A stretch of DNA of 64,000 nucleotides, taken from Camelus dromedarius (Eukaryota). Location of the stretch: the NCBI RefSeq assembly GCF_036321535.1, contig NC_087436.1, positions 36,458,001-36,522,000 on the forward strand, given 5' to 3'. The first letter of the stretch is position 1, and the number at the start of each line of letters is the position of its first letter. Position numbers and translations under genes: made by a program. Below the pieces are notes generated by a model. It was not told the DNA's origin. It ran no database searches and saw nothing but the letters and a program-made list of their open reading frames with translations. Positions 63,756 to 64,000 of this stretch are shown one piece after another.

Positions 63756-64000
63756 TGTGAGGAGAGGGACCAATGCAGACAGGTCTCACAGGTTACATTC
63801 CTCAAGGGAAAAAATGGGCACAACTGACATCCTGGCTTTTTTACTGAGGGCATTTTCCAAATTATAGCACAGGAAAATGGAACTCAAGTGGCAGACCTAT
63901 GAGGAAATAAAGGTAGGAGTTCAGGGTTGTCAAAGTGGATGGGATTTGAGAAGCAAAACAGAGGGAATTGTGGAGAAGGATCCCATCCATTTATCTATAT

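Overview
Mammalian genomic DNA, very probably camelid (camel/llama/alpaca): it carries a tRNA-Ala-derived Vic-1-type SINE and a camelid-like IL-2 sequence. The only protein-coding gene I can support is a complete, intact four-exon interleukin-2 gene (IL2) on the + strand: CDS join 56380-56526, 56618-56677, 58975-59121, 60728-60838, 154 aa. It has the classical proximal promoter/enhancer (NFAT, kB, CD28RE/AP-1, Oct, TATA) and an AU-rich 3' UTR. The preceding ~56 kb is gene-free upstream DNA dense in L1, L2, MIR, ERVL/MaLR and ERV1 LTR remnants, and an old LTR-internal-LTR ERVL provirus sits just downstream of the gene. Nearly all ORFs in the track are L1/ERVL remnants or chance ORFs. I found no convincing novel protein-coding system. 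The most unusual signals are structural: a 5'-inverted (twin-primed) L1 with a candidate micro 3' transduction, two short local templated duplications with donors 1-2 kb away, a SINE-L1-L1 stack at one target site, two solo LTRs with intact TSDs 5-7 kb upstream of IL2, a 13-nt-periodic triple AATAAA, an AAG acceptor on exon 3, and several T-cell-enhancer-like motif clusters. Repeat family names are from recalled consensus sequences, not from a database search. Boundaries of old repeats are approximate.
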